Counted from the first letter of the stretch, positions 1 through 10,035 are shown. The stretch is 64,000 bases of DNA from Wickerhamiella versatilis (GCA_030867685.1 JAQOWU010000007.1:1860001-1924000), one strand, 5' to 3'. A program made the numbers and translations. The notes: generated from the sequence alone by a model not told the origin.

Positions 1-1
1 G

Positions 2-517
2 GCCCCACAGGTGATGAAGTTGCGGTTTGATGATCTTCTACCGTTTTTGAAGGAACGTATTTTTGATGAGTTCGCAGAGAATCCAAATGAGCTGGTTGCC
101 AGAGCGAGCCAAGTGGAGCTGACACCTGCTATACTTGCTAAATACGAGCTCGAGCATAACGAAATCACAAGAATCGAGCGTGAGCGAAATGAGCAACTGG
201 ATACACTTCGTGCATCAAATGCCATTCTGGTTTCACAGCTGCGCCTTACGGAAACCAGTTTGGAATCTCTCAACATGGAACACATTGAAATTGCCAACAA
301 AATGGTAGAGACGGGACTTGAGAATGCCAGACTTCGAGAACAGAACGAGCAGCTGCATCACGAGTTGCTGCTTTATCGCGAAGCTGCTGGATCATTGAAA
401 ACTACAGCTGAGATTCTGCGCGAAAAAAATCAGCTTGAAGAGATTCGCAGTCGCCTGGAATCTCAGATTGCAAGCCTCCAAGACGCCTTGGGTGGCACCA
501 TAGGGTCACCTAGCTGA
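2..517 (+). CDS. 3' part of a probable Rab-GAP (TBC, Gyp5-like) protein, coiled-coil C-terminus; truncated by the window start
   Basis: Frame is open from the window edge. LRFDDLLPFLKERIFD...LAKYELE followed by a long heptad coiled coil resembles fungal Gyp5 C-termini. Confidence 0.55.
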   Translation, partial: APQVMKLRFDDLLPFLKERIFDEFAENPNELVARASQVELTPAILAKYELEHNEITRIERERNEQLDTLRASNAILVSQLRLTETSLESLNMEHIEIANKMVETGLENARLREQNEQLHHELLLYREAAGSLKTTAEILREKNQLEEIRSRLESQIASLQDALGGTIGSPS

Positions 518-704
518 TGCAGGCATCAGTTTTGCATAGCAATTCCGCAGATTCTGCAGCAAAGGGTTTTTTAAATACACAAATACCTTTTAAAATATCT
601 TACGGGTAATTTTATCCGGGGAGCTCTAGCAGCACAAGTCTAATATTTAAACAACAAAATGTCCATAATTAACCCATCATAGTAGATATTACTAATCGAT
701 AGGA

Positions 705-1409
705 ATGAGGCGGTTCTTCAGCGTCAGTGCACCAGCGGCACGAGAGTTCGCACATGTTGTGCGTAGGCGTTGGAAGCAACCTCGACAGCTACAGGTAGGC
801 GATCCTGATACTCTTCTGAAGCGCGAGGTATCAGATACTCCACCATATCCATATGGCGAGTCACATATCTACAAGCAGTCTAACCGTGGGCTCTATGGCG
901 GCAAAATCCCACAATATGGCCACAAAATAAGTGAATGGGGAAATAAGCATGTCCGAGTCTTTCATCCCAATGTCCAGCGTGTATCCCTATGGAGTGATGC
1001 ACTCAAACGAACTTTACGTCTCAAGGTCGTCACAAGCGTCCTTCGTACTATCAATAAGGAAAAAGGTCTCGATAACTACTTGCTTAAAGATACAAGTGCC
1101 CGAATTAAGGAGCTTGGCCCCACGGGGTGGCGTCTTCGCTTCTTGGTACTTAAGAAGATGGAGCTCAACGAGCAATTAAGTCCAAAAGCAATCGGCAACT
1201 TGAGCGACGGAAGCCCATATTATGCTGTAGTAAATGGCCAAGCCGTTTTTGTGGGCAGGTCACGGCTTGTCAAAGAGTTATCACGTGCAGTGGGCAAACC
1301 TCTACGCCAAGTATATGCGGAATATCGCGCGTCGACGCCAGAAGAACTATTAAAAGCATTGGGTGAAAATGGAGTAGATACTAGTCAGTATTTACGAGCA
1401 ATGGAGTAA
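705..1409 (+). CDS. MRPL24: Mitochondrial ribosomal protein bL28m
   Basis: PPYPYGE..YKQSNRGLYGG..ISEWGNK..PNVQRVSLWSDAL..KGLDNYLL; Arg-rich presequence. Confidence 0.9.
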   Translation: MRRFFSVSAPAAREFAHVVRRRWKQPRQLQVGDPDTLLKREVSDTPPYPYGESHIYKQSNRGLYGGKIPQYGHKISEWGNKHVRVFHPNVQRVSLWSDALKRTLRLKVVTSVLRTINKEKGLDNYLLKDTSARIKELGPTGWRLRFLVLKKMELNEQLSPKAIGNLSDGSPYYAVVNGQAVFVGRSRLVKELSRAVGKPLRQVYAEYRASTPEELLKALGENGVDTSQYLRAME

Positions 1410-1706
1410 TTGTATATAGAAGAAACAATAGTCGAGTAGTCGGTAATTAAGTTGAGAGATATGTAATTAGGGTGAAAGAGCATTGTGTTGCCTTTCAGAT
1501 AACTATGGAGTATTTGATTGTTCGACTACTCAGTAATTTACCACAGAGTGCCGCTAGCTGCTAATTGTCACTTCTTTATTCATATGACAAATATAGCGTT
1601 GATACTTACTCATATTTATTTCACGTTAGCTAATCATAGGGTACAGGGCGGTTGTGTGTTCATCGAGACTCACCTGCGCGCTGCCGCCGCTATTCGATCA
1701 ACGTCG

Positions 1707-2018
1707 ATGTCTGCCAACAGCGGAATTGCAGTTGGGTTGAACAAGGGCCGTAAGGTCACGCCAAAGCCTGTCCCTAAGAGGGCTTCCCACGCTAAGGGTG
1801 CACTGGCTCCCCGCACCAAGTTTGTGCGTGAGCTGATCAAAGAAGTCACTGGCCTTGCACCCTACGAGCGTCGCTTGGTTGAACTGATCCGCAATGGTCA
1901 GGAAAAGCGGGCGAAGAAGTTGGCCAAGAAGAAGCTTGGTACCCACGGACGTGCTCTTCGCAAGTTTGAGCATATGAACACCGTCATTGCAGAGGCTCGC
2001 CGTCACGGCCACCACTAG
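1707..2018 (+). CDS. RPL36: 60S ribosomal protein eL36
   Basis: GIAVGLNKGRKVT..GLAPYERRLVELIRNGQEKRAKKLAKKKLGTHGRA. ATG at 1707; the ORF-track start at 1518 is an upstream non-ATG extension. Confidence 0.95.
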   Translation: MSANSGIAVGLNKGRKVTPKPVPKRASHAKGALAPRTKFVRELIKEVTGLAPYERRLVELIRNGQEKRAKKLAKKKLGTHGRALRKFEHMNTVIAEARRHGHH

Positions 2019-2197
2019 ACGCTTATATCGTCGCAGAGCGTCGAGCATCTCTACTAATGTAGTTATATATTATACGTGCTGGCTAAATAAAGAAAAGAAT
2101 TAGGTCACTCTACGTAATGGAAGAAGCTCGGTGAAGTTTACTAGTCATATGATCCCTAAATAATTAGCCCGTGCCGCAACACGCACTTTCATTTGTA

Positions 2198-5134
2198 ATG
2201 TCCGATGCCGGCGTGGTGAGTGTGCGAGTAAAAACACCAGAGGGTGTTAGCCATAAGGTGGACGTTTCGAAGGAAGAGCCTTTGATTGCCGTTAAGCAAC
2301 AGCTTTTAAGCTTGCCTGTTGCAAAACAGCCGTATAGTTGTTTTAGCTTTGCTCTTGACGGTAAGCCGCTGGATGTCTTGTCAACCCTTTCAGAGTATGG
2401 TATAACTAGTGATGTTGATCTGGACCTCTCATTGAAACCATATACTTTGGCTGAAGTCAAAATTCACCTTGAAAGAGCCCAGGAAGCTCTCGGTTTTGTA
2501 ACTCCTGATGTGGAGTGGTCCGTGAACCTCGGTGCATCTGTTATAACATCTCTAGGGACTACCATGTTGAATGATGGTGAAATCCCCGAATCTTCTACTA
2601 CAGCAGTAGCACATCAAAATCTGTTGGGACCTCGTCCCCAAGCCCGATTTCTCGGATTCAGCAAATACCATCCGCCTGCTGCCGCTGAGAAATTTGCAGG
2701 TATTCTAGCGTATTTGAGATTCGAATCTAGCAACAAAAAAGTCAGTCATATTGTCGCTACCCCCAGTGGATTTAAATTCACTAGGACGACAGATGAAACT
2801 TATGATCCACGCCCTCAGGGAGATCACACTGAAGTATCTCTGCTGAAACTGCTCGGTCTGGTAAAAGTAACAGAACGTCTAGCTGCACGTGTCTCCAAAA
2901 ATCCAGTATTGTCGTGGGCACCTCTAGGTCAAGCTGCTGTATCTGCTCGTGCTAACTTCAGAGTTGAGGTCCCCACACCTTGCCCTAAACGCGGACCTAA
3001 CCCATTGGTCGGTGAACGGAGGGACTGGAACGAGGATTTCCAGAGCGCTCTTGAGCTGCCGCATGAAGAAATAAGGGATAGAGTTACCAGGGAGAAGCTT
3101 TCTGTTGGTATAGCTGCTGAATTTGCCCGTGCTGCAACTGAGGGAGCTGTAAACGCAATTGAAGGAAACATGCCTCCTCTAAACCCTGGTGAGTCTCGGG
3201 ACGCCTGGATATGGCTCAAAGACAACATCTTCTACACGATGGGTACGGACTTTGCTGGTGCTTTCGTTCATCTTGGGGGTGATGAGGCTGCACATCTGGC
3301 AGCGGCAAAGGATCTCCAGGGAGCTCAAAGTATCATGCAGCTGGGTGTTGATGGAGTTTCACCCGTTCTGACAACAATAGTAGACTATTGCGGACGTCGT
3401 GTTGTTGCCCAAGGGCCTGTTCCTGGTGTTTTTAGAGACAGTCCAGAACAACAAATCAAGTATGGATCCACAGAAGGTCGCGATCAAATTTTGAACGATT
3501 CAATTTTTCAACCGCCATTTGAAGAAATTAGAAAGGCTCTCCACCTCGAAAAGCACACGTTTGCTGGTGTAGAACTAGAGACAAGTGTTGACGTTAAGGG
3601 AATGCTTGGCCTCGACGGTCGTAAATACATTCTTGACACCTACCGTTTGGCTCCCCCTGACCTATCATTCGAGGTGCCTCGCGATTATCCGCACCGACTC
3701 TTCCTGCTACGTCCAGAGGCAGTTGTCTTATATGCCGCCGAGCATGAGGGCTTGGAACTAAATCCTGATGGTTGGCTGCCCGAGGCCTCAGAAGCTGACA
3801 CAAGAAAGTTGGTGGAAGTGAGTAAATTTGTTCAGAATGACCTCGTTCAGCGTTTGCTGAATGAAATAAAAGATTCTTTGTCCACGAATCCCTTGGATGG
3901 CACGCAACTCACACAAGCAATGCATAGAAAGGGTATTAATATGCGATACCTTGGAAAAGTGCAACAATATGCGAAGCAATTTAAGTTCCTTGAGACTTTA
4001 GTTCATCTATGCGCTGTTGAAGCCGCGGCTAGAGCGTTTAAACATATTGCTGCGCGCAACGTGAAAGTTTACTCCGATTTAGGTGATATTCGGACAAAGC
4101 TGGAGCATATGGTTCTTAATCCACCTCGCGAGGTAATTGAGGAAGCTGGTACACGATTCCCTGGAATTGATGTTGATGAGAACATCCTGAAAAGCTCGCG
4201 ATTTGTCAAAGAAGTGTCTCGCTTATTGGGGCTTCAATGGAATGCTAACGGCAACCTAGTTGCTGTAGTTCCCTTAGTTTCATATGCCTCTCCGCGTGCG
4301 CTGGTTGCAGAGGAGGCATTGACAGCATCTCGTATGACAGAAGACCCGCAGGTGAGCATTGAATTGGCGGCAGAAGGTGTAGCACTTATGGGTCAGGTCC
4401 ATGGACCAATCCACCCCGATACTGCGAGAGCTCATAATTCGACTGCTTTGGTCTACCATAAGCATGGCAAGAACAAAGAAGCTGCTGAAGCCTCAACACG
4501 TGCTGTAACAATCTCTGAACGTACGCAAGGACTCGATTCTGGTGAGACAATCGTCATGTACACTAACCTTGCATACTTCGAGCGGGCTGCTGGACGACCT
4601 GAAGTCGGATTGCGTCTGTCACAGTACCTGCTCAGTTTATGGCAAGGTGATCATCCTGACAAGGCAACAGCTTATAATCATGGTGGGTTGATGTTGGCCC
4701 AACTTAAAAAGTATGAAGAGTCGATTCCATGGTTTGAAGAATCGATAAGAATGTTGGATTATGCGGGTCAGTCTAAGAGTCTATCTGCTGCCGCTGTCAG
4801 CGTTGAACTTGCTCAGTCCCAGCTCCTGCTGAAAGACTATGGCCGTGCATCACGGACAATGGAGAAAGCTTGGTCGATCTACAAGGAGCTGAAAGGTGCT
4901 GACGATGAGCAGACTAAAGAATGCAAGGGGTGGCTTGATCAGTTGCTGGCAGCCACTGTGCAAGGGGCAAAGTACAATTTTGCTAAATTGGAAAAGCGTA
5001 AGCCTCGAGCAAAGGCACCGGAACCAGCTGCGCGTAAGAGCGATCCCAGCGCTCCCAAAGTTGGATCTGCGTCCATAAATGATGTAGTGGCATATATCAC
5101 CGGCGGAACCCAATCTAAAAAGAAGCGCTCTTAA
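2198..5134 (+). CDS. CLU1: Clustered-mitochondria protein Clu1/Tif31 (CLU domain + TPR repeats)
   Basis: RDWNEDFQSALELP, TIVDYCGRRVVAQ, KGMLGLDGRKYILD, MHRKGINMRYLGKV and C-terminal TPRs. First ATG at 2198. Confidence 0.93.
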   Translation: MSDAGVVSVRVKTPEGVSHKVDVSKEEPLIAVKQQLLSLPVAKQPYSCFSFALDGKPLDVLSTLSEYGITSDVDLDLSLKPYTLAEVKIHLERAQEALGFVTPDVEWSVNLGASVITSLGTTMLNDGEIPESSTTAVAHQNLLGPRPQARFLGFSKYHPPAAAEKFAGILAYLRFESSNKKVSHIVATPSGFKFTRTTDETYDPRPQGDHTEVSLLKLLGLVKVTERLAARVSKNPVLSWAPLGQAAVSARANFRVEVPTPCPKRGPNPLVGERRDWNEDFQSALELPHEEIRDRVTREKLSVGIAAEFARAATEGAVNAIEGNMPPLNPGESRDAWIWLKDNIFYTMGTDFAGAFVHLGGDEAAHLAAAKDLQGAQSIMQLGVDGVSPVLTTIVDYCGRRVVAQGPVPGVFRDSPEQQIKYGSTEGRDQILNDSIFQPPFEEIRKALHLEKHTFAGVELETSVDVKGMLGLDGRKYILDTYRLAPPDLSFEVPRDYPHRLFLLRPEAVVLYAAEHEGLELNPDGWLPEASEADTRKLVEVSKFVQNDLVQRLLNEIKDSLSTNPLDGTQLTQAMHRKGINMRYLGKVQQYAKQFKFLETLVHLCAVEAAARAFKHIAARNVKVYSDLGDIRTKLEHMVLNPPREVIEEAGTRFPGIDVDENILKSSRFVKEVSRLLGLQWNANGNLVAVVPLVSYASPRALVAEEALTASRMTEDPQVSIELAAEGVALMGQVHGPIHPDTARAHNSTALVYHKHGKNKEAAEASTRAVTISERTQGLDSGETIVMYTNLAYFERAAGRPEVGLRLSQYLLSLWQGDHPDKATAYNHGGLMLAQLKKYEESIPWFEESIRMLDYAGQSKSLSAAAVSVELAQSQLLLKDYGRASRTMEKAWSIYKELKGADDEQTKECKGWLDQLLAATVQGAKYNFAKLEKRKPRAKAPEPAARKSDPSAPKVGSASINDVVAYITGGTQSKKKRS

Positions 5135-5235
5135 GTGCTGTGTACATAGTATTATTAGCTCAATAATAAATATATGACGAAAACTATATGTGCAAATTCT
5201 TTGGGTATAAACCCTCTCCGGATTTCAGATATATA

Positions 5236-5898
5236 CTATCTTTCCGACCTAATCCAGCTATTGATATCATGGAATAAGGAGTCATAAACAACTTTTCCTG
5301 CAAGAAATTCATTTCTCGTCAACTGAGGCCGCACCACCGAACCTTTTGCTATCACACTGGCTCCTAAAAATGCATCAGCAGACGTAAACTCAGTAATGGG
5401 CTTTCTGTCTTGCAGCATCCCTCGCACATCCCTCCCGCAGCGGTCAAGAACTTTCTTGTCCGCTTCTCCAACAGACTGTTCTTCAGTGGACTCAATCAGC
5501 GTTGTCATCTCACGATAATCATAAACTGGAACTATCATTGTCTCACCACGGCTTGAAGTGTAATGGACGAGCCCCGAGGCAAGACCACTACCCACGACAA
5601 TACAAACGCTTAATTGAAGAAATGCAAGGCTGCGGACACGAAAGCCACCGAGAAGAATTCTGGACAGAGTCTTCTTCAATGGAAAAGGGAAGAGCGGAGG
5701 CTCCACAATCACGATATCCAAAGATGTTGGTGAAATAAGAAGCGACTTTATTGCTTTGGCAAGAGGTTTGTACATGTGATGTTCTTCAAAAGATTCATTC
5801 TCCCATGATTCACAATCAATCGCGCATTTTAGCCTACAGCTTCCTGCTAGGCCTGCCTCAATCGATTCAGAGGATATGCATATAATGCCCGTAGGCAT
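5236..5898 (-). CDS. Divergent actin-related protein, Arp10/Actr10 (dynactin)-like
   Basis: IEAGLAG, IVIVEPPLFPFPLKKTLSRIL..FRVRS, VVGSGLASGLV, IVPVYD and AFLGAS are remnants of the actin fold. Confidence 0.65.
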   Translation of the reverse strand: MPTGIICISSESIEAGLAGSCRLKCAIDCESWENESFEEHHMYKPLAKAIKSLLISPTSLDIVIVEPPLFPFPLKKTLSRILLGGFRVRSLAFLQLSVCIVVGSGLASGLVHYTSSRGETMIVPVYDYREMTTLIESTEEQSVGEADKKVLDRCGRDVRGMLQDRKPITEFTSADAFLGASVIAKGSVVRPQLTRNEFLAGKVVYDSLFHDINSWIRSER

Positions 5899-5928
5899 TA
5901 GTCATAGTGATATTTTGGAAAACCGGGA

Positions 5929-6381
5929 ATGTTACGGCTATTTAAACCTATTGTCCCGGCAGCAAGGTCCCTTTTACGGCCAAAAATTATTCCAGCAGTC
6001 CCTAAGCTTGTTAGAGGAAAGCGTACCCAAAGACTAGCGCCAGGAGCATCCCGTGTTATAACGATGTTGAGCGTCCTGAGTGCAAGAAAAAAGCAACCAC
6101 GGCGTCTTAAGCTTTGTCGTGAGGATCTAATTCGCCATCAGACGGTACAAGCTGCTTATAGACTATTTATGCGTGATGCAAAGTCCGAGCGCATGGAAAA
6201 ACTTCGTTCTCAGCATGCACAAATGGTGGAGGCTTGTTCGGAACTGGAAAAACTCGATAATGACCTCTTTAAGCTTGCTACTGAACGCCAGAAAGGTAAA
6301 AGGTTCCCTCTAGAACTTCGTGTCCCCACAGATACACCACCAAGGAAGAAGTGGCATGATGATTGGTCACCTCGAGACTAG
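5929..6381 (+). CDS. MRPL28: Mitochondrial ribosomal protein mL40
   Basis: LSVLSARKKQPRRLKLCREDLIRHQT..KGKRFPLELRVPTDTPP matches yeast Mrpl28. Confidence 0.9.
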   Translation: MLRLFKPIVPAARSLLRPKIIPAVPKLVRGKRTQRLAPGASRVITMLSVLSARKKQPRRLKLCREDLIRHQTVQAAYRLFMRDAKSERMEKLRSQHAQMVEACSELEKLDNDLFKLATERQKGKRFPLELRVPTDTPPRKKWHDDWSPRD

Positions 6382-6441
6382 GTAGAAAATTATGACCCAC
6401 AATGTATCCATGTATATATACTACTCTAAATAGTCGCTTTT

Positions 6442-7203
6442 TTAGCCATATTTTGCAACCATCATAGACATTGATCCTAAGGTTATACCACGAATGGGGA
6501 TAGTAACCTCTTCGCTTACATTAGTTGTACCAGCGACATAAAGTAAAGGAAGAAAATGATCTGGGGTGGGATTTGCCCGTATTCCTAGACTGGACTGGCG
6601 GAAGTTGATCAAAGCCTCTGGATTTTTGAGATTGTCAATTATATATTGTTCATATTCCTCTGCCCACCGTGAACTAACATCACCCATAGACATCTCTGCG
6701 AAGCTATGCACGATATTTCCTGAGCCCAATATAAGAACTCCTTGTTCCCGCAAGGAGGAAAGCTTCTGTCCAATGTCGTAATGATACTGTGGTGGCTTTC
6801 TTCTGTCAATACTGAGTTGGACAACCGGAATATCTGCTTCTGGATAAATGTGTTTTAGAATTGACCAGGCCCCATGATCAAATCCCCACTTATAGTCTAA
6901 TTCGCAATCTGGTGCCAAGAGACTAACTACCTGGCTGGCAAGGTCGAATGAGCCAGGTGCGGGATATTGCTGAGCATAAAGTTCGTCAGGGAATCCATAG
7001 AAGTCATGAATCGTATCAGGATGCATCGACGCAGTAACCCTTGTAGCTGCTATAAACCAATGTGCACTTATCACTAGTATAGCCTTGGGTCGAGGAAGCA
7101 TTTCACCTATTTTTTTCCAAGCTTCAGAGAATCTCGATACATCAATAGCATGCATTGGTGATCCATGACCAAAGAATAGAGCTGGCAGCCTCTCGAAGTT
7201 CAT
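6442..7203 (-). CDS. Extradiol ring-cleavage dioxygenase, LigB/4,5-DOPA dioxygenase (YgiD-like), 253 aa
   Basis: PALFFGHGSPM, PRPKAILVISAHW, TIHDFYGFP, YPAPGS, WGFDHGAW, YPEADIPVVQLSID, GSGNIVH, NPTPDHFLPLLY, GSMSM. ATG at 7203. Confidence 0.93.
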   Translation of the reverse strand: MNFERLPALFFGHGSPMHAIDVSRFSEAWKKIGEMLPRPKAILVISAHWFIAATRVTASMHPDTIHDFYGFPDELYAQQYPAPGSFDLASQVVSLLAPDCELDYKWGFDHGAWSILKHIYPEADIPVVQLSIDRRKPPQYHYDIGQKLSSLREQGVLILGSGNIVHSFAEMSMGDVSSRWAEEYEQYIIDNLKNPEALINFRQSSLGIRANPTPDHFLPLLYVAGTTNVSEEVTIPIRGITLGSMSMMVAKYG

Positions 7204-7529
7204 ACTACTTCTACGTTGAAAAGATAAATCTCGTTTGGTCACACAAATGTCTGTGGTTAGGGGAACACATGTAACATTAAAAGCTACATCTAGGTGTAAA
7301 TTTTCCAGGAAATATTCAGAGAGAGAGCAAATTAATTTCAATTTATGGAAATTCACATATAGCGATAGTAGCTGTGTCCCACCCTACAAGTATTAAATGC
7401 GGCTAAAATATCTCACCCTGTGTTATATATAACATGTTTGTCACTGACCGGAACTCCGAGAGTCGTCAAGTAATTCAGGTCACGTTGATTAATGTTTGTA
7501 TTTCTTCATTAGAATAATTGTAATGCAGT

Positions 7530-8171
7530 TTAAGGATTTGTGACCACACACCACCAGTTGTCTCTCTCATAACCTGAATCCGTGACCATGCCTCCGGCCT
7601 TTACAACATCCTCTTCGAGCTCACCTTTAGCATATAAATGGTAAAAGCGTTGGAATACCCTAGGAGGAACACTGTTGTCTTGCCATGGAACGAAAACATC
7701 TTGATCCATTCCCTCATTCCAACCTCTTCGTGAATTTTTCTGTTCCAATGCCCAGACGTAGAGAAGAGCGCTTCCCCCTCGGCGCAAATGGCCCAGTATT
7801 TCTATAATTGATTGGATCCTTCTTTCTCGAGTTGCAAAGTGATGTATAACAGCAATGCATATGGCAAAGTCAAGGCATCGCCCAGTAAATGGTAAAGCTA
7901 ACCCATCACAGCAAAACACATCGTCAGTTGATGTTTTCGCACGTTCAGCAGAAATATTGCATAGTTCTTTAGAACGTTCACCATTCATAATGTACACATT
8001 TGGATACATGAAATATTTCCCATTTCCTCCACCAACGTCGCCACCAATGGAACCGTAAGGTAATTCTCGTAAATATTGGTCGACCCGGGGCCAAGGTTTA
8101 TACCGTGTTAAGGAAAAATGGGATGCTATCTGCTCGTAAACATCATGAACGTGGGTCTGTTCAAGATCCAT
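7530..8171 (-). CDS. TRM9: tRNA wobble-uridine (mcm5U) methyltransferase
   Basis: EQTHVHDVYEQIASHFSLTRYKPWP, DVGGGNGKY, IAVIHH, VWALEQ, RFYHLY, YERDNW. Confidence 0.92.
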   Translation of the reverse strand: MDLEQTHVHDVYEQIASHFSLTRYKPWPRVDQYLRELPYGSIGGDVGGGNGKYFMYPNVYIMNGERSKELCNISAERAKTSTDDVFCCDGLALPFTGRCLDFAICIAVIHHFATRERRIQSIIEILGHLRRGGSALLYVWALEQKNSRRGWNEGMDQDVFVPWQDNSVPPRVFQRFYHLYAKGELEEDVVKAGGMVTDSGYERDNWWCVVTNP

Positions 8172-8363
8172 GGTTGATCTGCTTGATTACTTACCTAGAT
8201 CGGATAAAAAATTACTGCGAAATTTGATAGCCTTCAAGTCACATTCAAATGGACTTATTCCGTCATTTACTATTTAGCGTAGATTATTTTACAGGTGTGG
8301 TTAGATGAATTAAGTACATCAAGATACAAATTAAAATTATGGAATCTAATCTAATCACACAAA

Positions 8364-9104
8364 TTATTCTTTTTCAATTACCGCATTTTTTACGGTTGCA
8401 CATCTGTGGAAATGTCTCCGGAAAGAGTCTTGCCTAGAAAATTTCTGGCCACAGAAGCAGCATTGATATGGCTGTCCTATATGCGTGGTGAGATGGCGTA
8501 GTACCCCACGGGAATTTTTCACAATGCTCTCACACTTAGGACAGGTGAGCGAACCGTCTTCATTCTGGTTCATTTCATACTCATTGAGCTTGGCATCCAA
8601 AGCTATGGTCTGTTCAGTCATAGTATCCATGAACTTCGATCGCATGGAATCTGGCCCTTCCACACTTTTGAACCCTCGCAATCTACTACGCTTCAGAGCA
8701 GCAGGTCCCTGCTTGTCCAACAGTTCTGGTGAGTTATTAGCTGGCTTCAATTTATTCGGGGATGGGTTAGGCTTGTCAGTCGCTGTATTCTTCTCCTTAT
8801 CCACCTCATTTCTCTTATCTGCTTCTGGCTCTTTGCGTCTTCTCTTCCGCACCTGAGATACTGGAGGCAGCCAATTGGCAGGGAGAGATTGTGGTGCTAA
8901 TTGAATTTGAGAGGGTTGGAGAGAAAATACTGGAGCAATGGGACCCATATGAGGTGGAAGAGGTGACGGAATGGGTCCTATCATGCACGGAGACTGTGCG
9001 TCGTTTCTACGGGGAGGTCTCATGATAACTGGTGAGGGAATACAAAAGACAGGAATGCTATCAAGTGGCGTGATGGGACTCAAAATCCAGTTATGGCTCT
9101 CCAT
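8364..9104 (-). CDS. Putative zinc-finger transcription factor (C2H2 + C2HC fingers), Pro-rich N-terminus
   Basis: CPKC..RHLTTH-IGQPY-QCCFCGQKFSRQDSFRRHFHRC; basic NLS-like RKRRRK. Confidence 0.8.
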   Translation of the reverse strand: MESHNWILSPITPLDSIPVFCIPSPVIMRPPRRNDAQSPCMIGPIPSPLPPHMGPIAPVFSLQPSQIQLAPQSLPANWLPPVSQVRKRRRKEPEADKRNEVDKEKNTATDKPNPSPNKLKPANNSPELLDKQGPAALKRSRLRGFKSVEGPDSMRSKFMDTMTEQTIALDAKLNEYEMNQNEDGSLTCPKCESIVKNSRGVLRHLTTHIGQPYQCCFCGQKFSRQDSFRRHFHRCATVKNAVIEKE

Positions 9105-9336
9105 CGTCTCAAAGAGTGAATTGGCTTACTATGAACATGTAATTATCGCGTATTTAGGCCGGTTCCACCAGATGTTAGGGTCCATCTGACCGCTGACGCG
9201 TGACAATTAAACCCACCAGCTGACCAAACAGAGGAAGTAGCCGAAATAGAATACTAAGGAATATATCCCCTCAACGAAGAGCAGTCTAAATGCGTAAAAA
9301 AGATGTAAATGCTATCCAACTGGACTTACTCTGAAT

Positions 9337-9759
9337 CTAGTAGTTATCACGAGAACCATATGACCCGGTAGTTCTATTGCTGCCAAATGAACTGTCATTA
9401 CTTTGGCTGCCGTAGCCCTGGCTGCCCCCAAAAGAGCCGCTACCTCCACCACGAGTTGTGTTGGTAGAACTTTGAAATCCACCACTTCCGCTTGCATTTC
9501 CACTAGAGTATCCATCACCCGAACCATAAGAGTCTGAGTTGGACCGGTTGCTGCTGCCTCCAAGCGAGCTTCCTCCTCCTAATCCGAAAGATTCACCTTC
9601 ACTCCTGGAAGAAGAGTCACCGAACCCAGAACTGCCTTTATTGGAGAAATCATAAGAGTTGTTGGATGACCCGGAAGAGCTAAAGTCACCACTTTTAGAT
9701 GATTGGTGTCTGTTGCTGTCCTTTTCTTTGTCGTCTTTGTCGTGTCCGAACAAGGTCAT
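9337..9759 (-). CDS. Gly/Ser-rich hydrophilic low-complexity protein (hydrophilin-like)
   Basis: 140-aa ATG ORF built from SSG/GSS/DSYG/SFG motifs, typical of fungal stress hydrophilins. Confidence 0.65.
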   Translation of the reverse strand: MTLFGHDKDDKEKDSNRHQSSKSGDFSSSGSSNNSYDFSNKGSSGFGDSSSRSEGESFGLGGGSSLGGSSNRSNSDSYGSGDGYSSGNASGSGGFQSSTNTTRGGGSGSFGGSQGYGSQSNDSSFGSNRTTGSYGSRDNY

Positions 9760-10035
9760 AATCTCTCTGATGTTTTTGCTACCATTCTAACCTAGATGTT
9801 GTTCGCTTTAATAGCTCTCGAATTCATACCCCTGCAGGCCAAGGGTATTACAGCTTAAATATCTTGCATGTTCAAGGGTACGAGGTTTGCAGACAGGACC
9901 TGAGCCCTGATTGCGGTGAAATAATAAGTGTGAGGGGTATTCACGGTGGGTCACTGTATCTGTGATGAGGTGCTGTTTCTTTTACAATCTTCATCAGATA
10001 ACTTTTTGGAGGTAATCCAACTGATTCCTGTTCAT

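Noticed and set aside
7204-7356. 51-aa upstream extension of the dioxygenase ORF
   Set aside because: Non-ATG start; homology begins at the ATG at 7203.
8188-8200. TACTTACCT, similar to the U1 snRNA 5' end or a minus-strand splice donor
   Set aside because: No downstream U1 structure, and too close to the TRM9 ATG for an intron.
9962-10024. GTGATGA...CTGA, resembling a box C/D snoRNA
   Set aside because: No terminal stem or rRNA-complementary guide recognised.
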